Source: Dehalococcoidia bacterium (GTDB lineage Bacteria; Chloroflexota; Dehalococcoidia; Lucifugimonadales; UBA3495). From it: 64,000 nucleotides of DNA. The stretch spans positions 98,447 to 162,446 of the forward strand of contig OZ247427.1 in NCBI GenBank assembly GCA_965232815.1. Direction: 5' to 3'. The position numbers and the translations under genes are program-made. The notes below the pieces were generated by a model that saw nothing but the letters and a program-made list of their open reading frames with translations, had not been told where the DNA came from and did not search any database. Numbering within the stretch: the first letter of the stretch is position 1; each line of letters begins with the position of its first letter. Below are positions 17,933 to 25,794 of this stretch, piece after piece.

Positions 17933-17975
17933 TATTTGATTGGAATTGAGACCGTATCTCATTAACTCCAATGTT

Positions 17976-17992
17976 TTGATACCAAATATCAA
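17976..17992. promoter_or_regulatory. Fur/Zur-box-like palindrome 2
   Basis: Perfect TTGATA-CCAAA-TATCAA, 66 nt upstream of the znuA-like ATG. A third TTGATACCC half-site lies at 18006-18014. Confidence 0.5.
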
Positions 17993-18057
17993 CTGTGCGG
18001 CTTTGTTGATACCCGGCATTCACTCTGCTGGAACCGGATCCACAGGAGATTCTCGTT

Positions 18058-20421
18058 ATGAACCACACCAAATCCCTTCGTATGTCCAGGATCACCCAGT
18101 GCGTATGCGCACGCCGCGGCCTGCTAACGCTGGCTGCAATAGCATTGCTCATGTCTGCACTATTTTTGACTGCCTGCGGCGACGACGAACCTGCGTTCCC
18201 TCCCGCTGATTCGACCGCCGCCGCAGGTTCAGATACGTCCTCGAGTCCAGCCCAAGCCTCCACATCCTCGGATCCTGCGCCGACCCCTGCCACTCCACAG
18301 TCCTCGGCTTCTTCGTCGGGTTCTTCGTCGTCTGCGAGCGCCGCAGAGCCCGTTGAGCCCATCAAAGTGGTTGCCAGCAATGCCGTCTTGGCCGATTTGG
18401 TATCCAACGTCGGCGGCGACCGCGTGTCCGTCGATGTCCTGGTGCCCGCTGGCGCTGACGCTCATACTTGGAGCAGCACCCCCCAGGACAGCGTTCGAAT
18501 TGCCAACGCCAGCCTCATTGTCAGCAATGGCGCGGGTTTGTCTGCCCAGGTCGACGCCCTGATCGACAACGCCGCGTCCGCAGACGCATTCCACGTAGTC
18601 GCCTCAGACGGCCTCGAACCCCAGGAACTGGTGGAATTGCCATTCCCCGAGGAGGACCACCACGGGGAACAAGACCACATGGCGGACGCTGAGCATCACG
18701 AAGAAGTCGCTGGTCGGCTCCTGGTCGGCGACGGCGAGGGATCGGGTCTATCCGTCATCGATCTGGAGTCCGGCGAAGTACACCAGGACGAGTTCGACCT
18801 CGGCTCTCGCGCCGGCCGAATTTACTCCACCGCATCCGGCCGCTTTGCCATCGCCGTTTCCTCCGACGCCAACGCCGTCCACCTGTTCGACGGGGGCATA
18901 TACCTAGAGGAGCATGGCGACCACTTCGACCTGGTCGAAACCCACGTCCATCGACTCGATGCAAACTTGGGCGGCGACCGTCCGGTCCACCTGTACGTTG
19001 GCGGCGAGTGGGCGACCGTGTTCTACGATGATTCCGGCGACATCGCGCTGATCAACGAGCATGAATTGGAACACGAAGGCGATGCTTGGGTTCCCGTGAT
19101 GATGAACGCCGGCGCTCAACACGGCGCGGCAATCCCTCTGGAAGGTGACCTGTTTGCCGTCTCTCTCCAACACCCTGATTTCCTTCAAAACCCGGAAGAC
19201 TACAGACTGCCCATCGGCGCGGAAATCCGAGACCTGGACGGACAGGTGCTGCATCGGGCTGAGGGTTGCCCCGACCTCCACGGCGATGCCGGAAACGGTC
19301 ACGCGGCGGCCTTTGGTTGCACCGGAGGCGTCCTCGTCGTCGAAGCCCACGACGGCGATTACGACCACGCATTCATTCCGGGGCCACCCGGCTCCCCCGA
19401 CGACTTCCGCCTGACCTCCGTTTTTGGCTATGACGGACTCGACCATTTCTTCGCGTTGGGCTCTGCCGTCGGCCTCTACCTGGTAGAACCGGAATCCGGT
19501 GAAATGGAACAGTTCATTCCTGCTACGGACTCCCTGAGGCCAATCCAGGTGGCATTCAGTTACGATGGCGAGTTACTGTTGGTCTTGATGTCCGACGGCG
19601 AGCTGCGTTCGTATGACGCGCATGACGGAGATCTCCTGGAGTCCGCGTCTGGATTCTTGTCAGCCGACCTGGACCCCGGATTCTGGGCCCGGCCTCATAT
19701 CGCCACCGCTCCCGGCCACATCTATATCACCGACTCCGCGGCCGGCGAAGTTCTTGCGTTGGATGCCGATCACCTGGAGGTGGTCGACCACTGGGACGTG
19801 GATGGCAAGCCCACCAAAATCGCGTTCGTCGGCATCCTGGGAGACGGAGATCACCCCGAGGAAGGCCACGACGACCACGGCAGCGAAAGCGACGACCATG
19901 GACACGACCATGGTGAGGGCGACCCGCATTTCTGGCTCAACCCCCGCATGGTTGTCCATTACGTCAACCAGATCGCCAACGGCCTCGTCGCCGCAGATCC
20001 TGACAATGCCGGTGTGTACCTGGACAACGCCGCCGCTTACATCGAAAAGTTGGAGGCGCTGGACGCGTATATTGCCGACTCCCTTGCCGGCATCTCCCAC
20101 GAGCGTCGTGTGATAGTCACGTTCCACGATGCGTTCGGATACTTTGGTAGCCGCTACGACTTCGAGGTCATGGCTTTCGTCGGCACCCACGCCGGTGAAG
20201 TTTCTCCGGACGACATTTCCAGGGTGATCGACTTGGTCGATGACCAGGGTTTGCAGGGTGTTTTCGCGGAACCCCAGTTTTCCGCCGACGCGTTGGAACA
20301 GGTCGCCCGGGACTCCGGCATCGGTATCGGAATCCTGCGCTCGCTGCCCGACGCCACCCACGGCGACTACATCAGCATGATGCGGGCAAACGCCGACGCC
20401 CTGGCCGGCTTGCTCAACTGA
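18058..20421 (+). CDS. znuA: ZnuA/TroA-type metal-binding lipoprotein with a large module inserted in the His-rich loop
   Basis: 787 aa with AGGAGA RBS. Lipobox LFLTAC followed by a Ser/Pro/Ala tether. ZnuA motifs DAHTW, DPHFWLNP, TFHDAFGYF and FAEPQF. His/Asp-rich runs at aa 198-216 and 598-624 bracket approx 380 aa of propeller-like repeats. Confidence 0.75.
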   Translation: MNHTKSLRMSRITQCVCARRGLLTLAAIALLMSALFLTACGDDEPAFPPADSTAAAGSDTSSSPAQASTSSDPAPTPATPQSSASSSGSSSSASAAEPVEPIKVVASNAVLADLVSNVGGDRVSVDVLVPAGADAHTWSSTPQDSVRIANASLIVSNGAGLSAQVDALIDNAASADAFHVVASDGLEPQELVELPFPEEDHHGEQDHMADAEHHEEVAGRLLVGDGEGSGLSVIDLESGEVHQDEFDLGSRAGRIYSTASGRFAIAVSSDANAVHLFDGGIYLEEHGDHFDLVETHVHRLDANLGGDRPVHLYVGGEWATVFYDDSGDIALINEHELEHEGDAWVPVMMNAGAQHGAAIPLEGDLFAVSLQHPDFLQNPEDYRLPIGAEIRDLDGQVLHRAEGCPDLHGDAGNGHAAAFGCTGGVLVVEAHDGDYDHAFIPGPPGSPDDFRLTSVFGYDGLDHFFALGSAVGLYLVEPESGEMEQFIPATDSLRPIQVAFSYDGELLLVLMSDGELRSYDAHDGDLLESASGFLSADLDPGFWARPHIATAPGHIYITDSAAGEVLALDADHLEVVDHWDVDGKPTKIAFVGILGDGDHPEEGHDDHGSESDDHGHDHGEGDPHFWLNPRMVVHYVNQIANGLVAADPDNAGVYLDNAAAYIEKLEALDAYIADSLAGISHERRVIVTFHDAFGYFGSRYDFEVMAFVGTHAGEVSPDDISRVIDLVDDQGLQGVFAEPQFSADALEQVARDSGIGIGILRSLPDATHGDYISMMRANADALAGLLN

Positions 20422-20440
20422 TCACACCGAGATTCGACTT

Positions 20441-20470
20441 GGGGACGGACGATGGTCCGTCCCCTTTTTT
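20441..20470 (+). terminator. canonical rho-independent terminator between the znuA-like and znuB-like genes
   Basis: GGGGACGGAC-GATG-GTCCGTCCCC followed by TTTTTT. Confidence 0.8.
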
Positions 20471-20506
20471 GTGTCCGGTCAACCGACAGTAACCAATGTC
20501 ACTATC

Positions 20507-21376
20507 ATGATCGATTTGATCGTAGAACCCATGCAGTACGGGTTTATGCAGCGAGCGTTGCTGGTGTCCGCCCTCGCAGCCACCGCCTGTGGAGTCGTCG
20601 GCACGTTTGTCGTGTTGCGCGGTATGGCCTTCATGGGCGACGCCATCGCCCATTCCGCGCTTACCGGCATGGCCATTGCATTCCTGGTTGGCGTCAACGT
20701 GACCCTGGGTGCCCTGGCGTGGGCCGTGCCGGCATCCCTGGGCATCACATTCGTGTCCCGCCGGACCGGCATCCGGCTGGACGCGATTATCGGGGTCCTC
20801 TTCGCCGGCGGGTTCGCGTTGGGAGTAATATTGATCAACGTCTCCGCAAATTACGCCGGCGATCTGCTCGGCATCCTGTTCGGCAACGTCCTGGGAGCCT
20901 CATGGCTCGACGTGCTGACGGTCGGTTGCCTCGCGGGCGGAGTGATAATCGTGGTGGGACTGCTTTACAAAGAATTGGTCTTCATGACCTACGACGCCTC
21001 GGTCGCGGAAGCGTCCGGGATTCCGGTACGGTTCTTGGAATATCTGCTCCCGCTCCTGGTGGCCCTCACCACGGTGGCTTCGCTGCAAACTGTCGGGAAC
21101 GTCATGGTCATGTCGCTATTGGTGGTTCCAGCCGTCACCGGGAGCATGTTGGCTCGCCGGCTCGCCAGCATGATGCTGGCTACGGTTGGAGTTGCCCTCA
21201 CCGCCATCGTAATCGGCCTGTACCTTTCATTCCACGCCAACCTCCCCACCGGACCAGCCATCGTCGTCGTATCGGTGGCGCAATTGCTCGTGGTGGTAGC
21301 GGTCTCTCCGAGACGTTTGTCCCTGTTGGCACGGTGGCGTCGCCGCACCGGCAGCGCCGAACGCGCCGCCGACTGA
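20507..21376 (+). CDS. znuB: metal (Zn/Mn-type) ABC transporter permease
   Basis: MIDLIVEPMQYGFMQRALLVSALAA..GMAFMGDAIAHSALTG is the typical ZnuB/ABC-3 N-terminus. Multi-TM. The ORF-track GTG at 20471 abuts the terminator. Confidence 0.8.
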   Translation: MIDLIVEPMQYGFMQRALLVSALAATACGVVGTFVVLRGMAFMGDAIAHSALTGMAIAFLVGVNVTLGALAWAVPASLGITFVSRRTGIRLDAIIGVLFAGGFALGVILINVSANYAGDLLGILFGNVLGASWLDVLTVGCLAGGVIIVVGLLYKELVFMTYDASVAEASGIPVRFLEYLLPLLVALTTVASLQTVGNVMVMSLLVVPAVTGSMLARRLASMMLATVGVALTAIVIGLYLSFHANLPTGPAIVVVSVAQLLVVVAVSPRRLSLLARWRRRTGSAERAAD

Positions 21377-21384
21377 ACCGTGGC

Positions 21385-22380
21385 ATGGCAACTGGCTGCG
21401 ACCGCACATCGCCGGACCCAACCTGGTACCGCCGACGAAGCGTCAGGCGCCAGTTGCTGGCCTTGGCCGCAATTTGCTCTTTCCCGATCGTTCTTCTTGC
21501 CTGCACGCCGAATCCGTCCATGCCGGATTCGCATTCTGGGCAATTCGTCGGGAGCTACGAAGAGGTCATTGAGCTACCTGGACCTGTCGAAGCAGGTTTT
21601 TCGGACTCCGACTTCGATCAGTTGCTGCGGCCGGACGATATTCCCCCTGTCTATTCGCCAATGTTCGTACCCGCCTCCGAAGCCGACCTGCCGGACGACG
21701 AATTGGTGATCGGGCTGGCCATCGGAGACGACACCCGCGCTTATCCGGCGGGCATCCTGTTCGCCAGGGAGATGGTCAACGACGTGGTGGGGGGTGTCCC
21801 CGTCCTCGTCAGTTGGTGCCCCAGGTGCTACACGGCGCTGGTGCATGATCGACGCGCAGACGGCAGCGTTTCAGTTTTTGGCAACCAGGGCGCACTATAT
21901 AAAGGAGCGATGACCTGGTTCGACCACGACACTGGCAGCATATGGTCCCAGCCGTTGGGAGCAGCATTGGCCGGACCCAGGGCCGGTGCCACCCTACCGT
22001 TGATCCCGTCGCAACTTACCACCTGGAGCGACTGGTCTGCATCGCATCCCCGAACCAGCGTGTTGGTCGTCGACGAACCGTCCCAGCCGTTTCGTGGACG
22101 CCGACCCGGCCCCGACCATGTGGTCGGCGTCGTCGTCGGAAATATGGCCGTGGCACTACCTTACGACGAAATTCTGCCCGCCATGCCACATGAGATCAAA
22201 GTAGGGGACATCAGTGTCACGGTGTGGCGCGACGCCCATTCCGACGCTATACAAGCCACGCAACTGCACGAATCGGGCAACCCACGCCGGGAAATCCCAG
22301 TGCTGATCGCATACCGGTCTGCCTGGCTCAAATTCTATCCGGATAGCCTGATCGACCCAACCCGGGAGCCCAATCGGTGA
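21385..22380 (+). CDS. DUF3179-domain lipoprotein
   Basis: ATG 8 nt after the znuB stop. Lipobox-like IVLLAC. LVIGLAIGDDTRAYP and VLVSWCPRCYT are hallmark DUF3179 motifs. The upstream two-thirds of the 642-aa track ORF is a shadow frame over znuB. Confidence 0.65.
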   Translation: MATGCDRTSPDPTWYRRRSVRRQLLALAAICSFPIVLLACTPNPSMPDSHSGQFVGSYEEVIELPGPVEAGFSDSDFDQLLRPDDIPPVYSPMFVPASEADLPDDELVIGLAIGDDTRAYPAGILFAREMVNDVVGGVPVLVSWCPRCYTALVHDRRADGSVSVFGNQGALYKGAMTWFDHDTGSIWSQPLGAALAGPRAGATLPLIPSQLTTWSDWSASHPRTSVLVVDEPSQPFRGRRPGPDHVVGVVVGNMAVALPYDEILPAMPHEIKVGDISVTVWRDAHSDAIQATQLHESGNPRREIPVLIAYRSAWLKFYPDSLIDPTREPNR

Positions 22381-22710
22381 GTGATGTAGACGCTACCCTC
22401 GGGTCAAGCCGCCACCCCACCACGCCGAACCAGTTGCTGGAATTATCCCTGTTGATCTCCCCGTTTCTACACTTGGCCGCCACCGACAACCCCAAAATAA
22501 ATACTGACACGTATTTGGCAACTGGAAAGTGCATAAAGCCTTTCAAGTTTTCAAATTCCATACTCCGGTCCCATGCCATCCATATGGTGCGTCGCCATTA
22601 ATATCAATACATGATATTGTGAAGCGGTACCAGGGGGCATTATTTCCGACGTGTAAGCCCCACCGCCAGGCCATTCTAACGGCCGCCGCCCTGAGGGGCA
22701 GCAGCAACCG

Positions 22711-23397
22711 TCAGTCGATGGGCAGAATGCCCAAACGGATTGCAGTAACCACCGCGTCCAGCTTGGTCGGAGCGTCCAGCTTTCTCCGGAAATGCCGGAT
22801 GTGATTCAGCACCGTGTGTGGGCTGATGTTCAGTTCATTCGCGATGCGCGGGGTATCCCATCCGCCCGACACCAGGCGCAGCACTTCCACCTCCCGACTT
22901 GTCAGCCTGGGCGCACCCGATGCTGCCGTCCCGGCGAAACGTCCCTCCGTTGCGATTCTTCGGCTTGGAGCCGTCGTCTCGTTTGGGGTCGCCCCGCCCA
23001 AACCGTCGAGGCGTGTTCCAGCCGTCTCCTCGGTGAACAGGTGTAACACGATCGGATCCCCACCACCCATGCCGCCAATCACTACGGGTGTCAACGAAAC
23101 CAACTTACGGTCCCCCGTCGACGTGATCATCGCCGTGCTAGTTTGCGATGGCACGCTTCCGGCGATCAGATCCTGAATGGCGGGGCAACCACCCTCGCAC
23201 TGCGCCTGGTCCCCACCTGAGACAACGCCGGACAAAGCCTCATAACAGTACCGACCCAACATTTCCTGGCTTGTGTAGCCTAAAATGCGTTCGGCCTCCC
23301 GGTTCCAAAACACAATTGTTTGGTCCAGGGATACCCCGTACACTCCAAACGCGGCTGGAGCCAGTACCGAAAAAATGCTGTCCGTTGTCAAAAACAT
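22711..23397 (-). CDS. PAS-domain / LuxR-type HTH transcriptional regulator
   Basis: PAS-like N-terminus (IVFWNREAERILGYTSQEMLGRYCYEAL) with the Cys motif C-x17-C-x3-C. C-terminal LTSREVEVLRLVSGGWDTPRIANELNISPHTVLNHI. Confidence 0.75.
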   Translation of the reverse strand: MFLTTDSIFSVLAPAAFGVYGVSLDQTIVFWNREAERILGYTSQEMLGRYCYEALSGVVSGGDQAQCEGGCPAIQDLIAGSVPSQTSTAMITSTGDRKLVSLTPVVIGGMGGGDPIVLHLFTEETAGTRLDGLGGATPNETTAPSRRIATEGRFAGTAASGAPRLTSREVEVLRLVSGGWDTPRIANELNISPHTVLNHIRHFRRKLDAPTKLDAVVTAIRLGILPID

Positions 23398-23730
23398 TCA
23401 ACCTGACCGAGTTGATCCGCAGAAGCTGGAGAAGCCAGTTCAACGGCCTGACACATCGACGGAGATTATCGCCACTGCTTGTTTCCAAACAAATAGCCCG
23501 TCCAGACACTGTTGGGTAGAATACTATCCGTACAATGGCTAGTCTATAACACGTGAATGTTATCATAACAATTATCGCAAAATGCGGTCTCCTGTTTTGG
23601 CACAAACTCTTCCGTCAAATGTGTCCCGCCGCTTTACCGCATGGGCAACGCTTCGACGCCCCTGACTGATTCGGTCGCATTCATTTGCCTCCTTGACTCC
23701 CGACGCCGGCGCGTCGGATATCAAATGCTG

Positions 23731-23759
23731 TTGACAACCCCTTCCCTTTTCAGTAAATT
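23731..23759 (+). promoter_or_regulatory. sigma-70-like promoter candidate for the peptide ABC operon
   Basis: TTGACA, 17 nt spacer, TAAATT, about 90 nt before the TTG start. A 7-bp GC palindrome (23700-23717) lies just upstream. Confidence 0.4.
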
Positions 23760-23848
23760 CCATCGCGCTGCCACGCGTGGATTCCCGCGTGCCAGTCACC
23801 ATCTTTCTATTGTGTCCAGTTGGCAAATTGGCACGGAGGGAAATCAAG

Positions 23849-25723
23849 TTGAATAAAGTCGCATCTTTACGCACCTCCTTGTGCGGCGTTTTCGCATTGG
23901 CGTTGTTGTTCGCCTTGGCATGCGGAGCGCCCACCGAGCAAGCTGCGCCCAGTGCCCCTGCGGCCGCAGATACGCAGGCGCAACAAGCCGCCCCCGATGC
24001 AACCGCCGCGCCCGCCCAGCAACAGCAGGCGGCCCCAACCGCAACCACCGCGTTGGCCCAGCCAGCCGGCATGTCCGATGCCAGCGCTGGCGGAGCCGCA
24101 CCCACCGCGGCGCCGGAACCCACCGAAGCTCCGGCCGCTGAACTCGGTGCGCCCGTCCAGGCCGACCTGCGCGTAGCCATCACCCCTCCGTACGCGGAAA
24201 ACCTGCTCGGCTGGCGCGTGGGTGGCACCAACCAGGGAATGCTCCAGCCCATGCAGGAAGCGCTATTCCAGCGTGACTACCAGACCTGGGAAGCCCGGCC
24301 CATGCTGGCCGAGTCCTGGTCCGTTTCTCCTGACGGGAAAGAATGGAACATCAAACTCCGCGAGAATGTCCCATTCCACCATGAGGAAGATACCTTCGGC
24401 GTGTCCGACTTCGTATTCAGTTTCCAGCTCTGGTCCCACCCTGAAGCCAAGACCGGCTTCGGAGACTTCTGGCACCAGATCCTGGGACCCGATAGCGATG
24501 ACCAGCGCAGCTACGATGTGGACGCTCTTGGCTCCGCTCCCACCGTCACCGAAGTCAGCGACTCCGAGATGGTCTGGAACATGAACCGGCCCGAGCTTTG
24601 GATCCCCTTCTACGCCTCGGAAGCCACCACTGACCCGTTGATCTACAGCCTGGACTACTGGGAAAAGGTCGGCGAAGGCGAATACGGCCTCAACCCCGTC
24701 GGCACCGGCCCTTGGAAGTTCGTCAACTACGAGCAGGGTGCGAGACTCGAGTACGAACGCGCCTTTGATGACCACTGGCGCATCAACCCAGACTTTGACA
24801 CCTTGACCTTCTTCTTCGCCGAAGAAGACCTGACCCGCGTCGCTATGCTCCGTGCTAAGGAAGCCGACATCGCTGAGATCCCTCGCGAACTGCAGGGCGA
24901 AATCGTCAATGCGGGCTTCGCTATCACCCAGAGCACCCTACCCGCCTTCATGGTTTGGATCGGCATCGGCGGACAGTACCTCGAAGACCGGTACGACCCC
25001 AACGACCCCAACACCAACGTGCTGGTGCGTCGCGCCATGAACCACGCCATCGACCGGGAAGCCTTGAACGAAGCCTTCTTTGACAACAAGATGGAACTGA
25101 TGGCTAACACGGGCTGGCATCCCACTGACCCGTCCTTCGATCCCGCTTGGGAAATTCCGGCCTATGACCCAGACGCGTCGCGCCAGCTCCTGGCCGAAGC
25201 GGGTTACACCGACGGCTCCGGCCCCAACATTGAATTCATGGCCGGCAAGTTGGTCGGCGTTCCGGAACTCACCGAAATCGCCGTCCCCATCATCTCCTGG
25301 CTCGAAGAGGTCGGATTCGAAGTGGACGCCCAGATCGGCGAATTCCAGCCCATCCGCACCCGCTACAAGGCTCGCGAGATGAACGGCGTCCTGTGGACCC
25401 ACCGCACGGGCTTCTGGCCCGCCGGCCGCAACATGCGCGTCTACTTCGTCAGTCCTACCCTCGCCGGCGCGGTCTACATGTACGAAGACCCGTTCACCGA
25501 AGACCTGTTCACCAAGTGGCAGAGCAGTGTCGACGAGGCCGAGCGGCTCCAGCTCATGAAGGACGCCGGCCAATACATGTACGATCAAAGCGCCACCATG
25601 CCTCTCGGGTTCCTGTTCGCCGAATTTGGAATCAACCCCGAGGTCATCGCCTCATACTCTGTGAACAACAGCTACTTCGGTGGCATGAAGGGTCACGAGT
25701 ACACCGAGGTCGTGCGCCAGTAA
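23849..25723 (+). CDS. ABC transporter substrate-binding lipoprotein, family 5 (peptide/nickel type)
   Basis: TTG start 8 nt after GGAGGG. Lipobox LFALAC, then approx 90 aa of Ala/Pro/Gln-rich tether, then the SBP_bac_5-like body. The ORF-track start at 23777 is less likely. Confidence 0.75.
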   Translation: MNKVASLRTSLCGVFALALLFALACGAPTEQAAPSAPAAADTQAQQAAPDATAAPAQQQQAAPTATTALAQPAGMSDASAGGAAPTAAPEPTEAPAAELGAPVQADLRVAITPPYAENLLGWRVGGTNQGMLQPMQEALFQRDYQTWEARPMLAESWSVSPDGKEWNIKLRENVPFHHEEDTFGVSDFVFSFQLWSHPEAKTGFGDFWHQILGPDSDDQRSYDVDALGSAPTVTEVSDSEMVWNMNRPELWIPFYASEATTDPLIYSLDYWEKVGEGEYGLNPVGTGPWKFVNYEQGARLEYERAFDDHWRINPDFDTLTFFFAEEDLTRVAMLRAKEADIAEIPRELQGEIVNAGFAITQSTLPAFMVWIGIGGQYLEDRYDPNDPNTNVLVRRAMNHAIDREALNEAFFDNKMELMANTGWHPTDPSFDPAWEIPAYDPDASRQLLAEAGYTDGSGPNIEFMAGKLVGVPELTEIAVPIISWLEEVGFEVDAQIGEFQPIRTRYKAREMNGVLWTHRTGFWPAGRNMRVYFVSPTLAGAVYMYEDPFTEDLFTKWQSSVDEAERLQLMKDAGQYMYDQSATMPLGFLFAEFGINPEVIASYSVNNSYFGGMKGHEYTEVVRQ

Positions 25724-25726
25724 TTC

Positions 25727-25762
25727 AAAGTGCGGGGCGACTGCTGGGTCGCCCCGCACTTT
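25727..25762 (+). terminator. strong hairpin after the binding-protein gene (attenuator/terminator)
   Basis: Perfect 15-bp stem AAAGTGCGGGGCGAC / GTCGCCCCGCACTTT with a 6-nt loop, starting 4 nt after the stop. Confidence 0.6.
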
Positions 25763-25794
25763 ATCCATGACACCCTGCACCTACGAAGGCTCCT

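Noticed and set aside
20452-21384. The N-terminal two-thirds of the 642-aa ORF 20452-22380.
   Set aside because: It overlaps the ZnuB-like permease in another frame and is Arg/Pro/Gly-rich. Only the part from ATG 21385 (lipobox plus DUF3179 motifs) looks real.
23572-24252. 226-aa minus-strand Ala/Gly-rich ORF.
   Set aside because: It is antisense to the low-complexity Ala/Pro/Gln tether of the binding lipoprotein and the upstream spacer. This is a compositional artefact.
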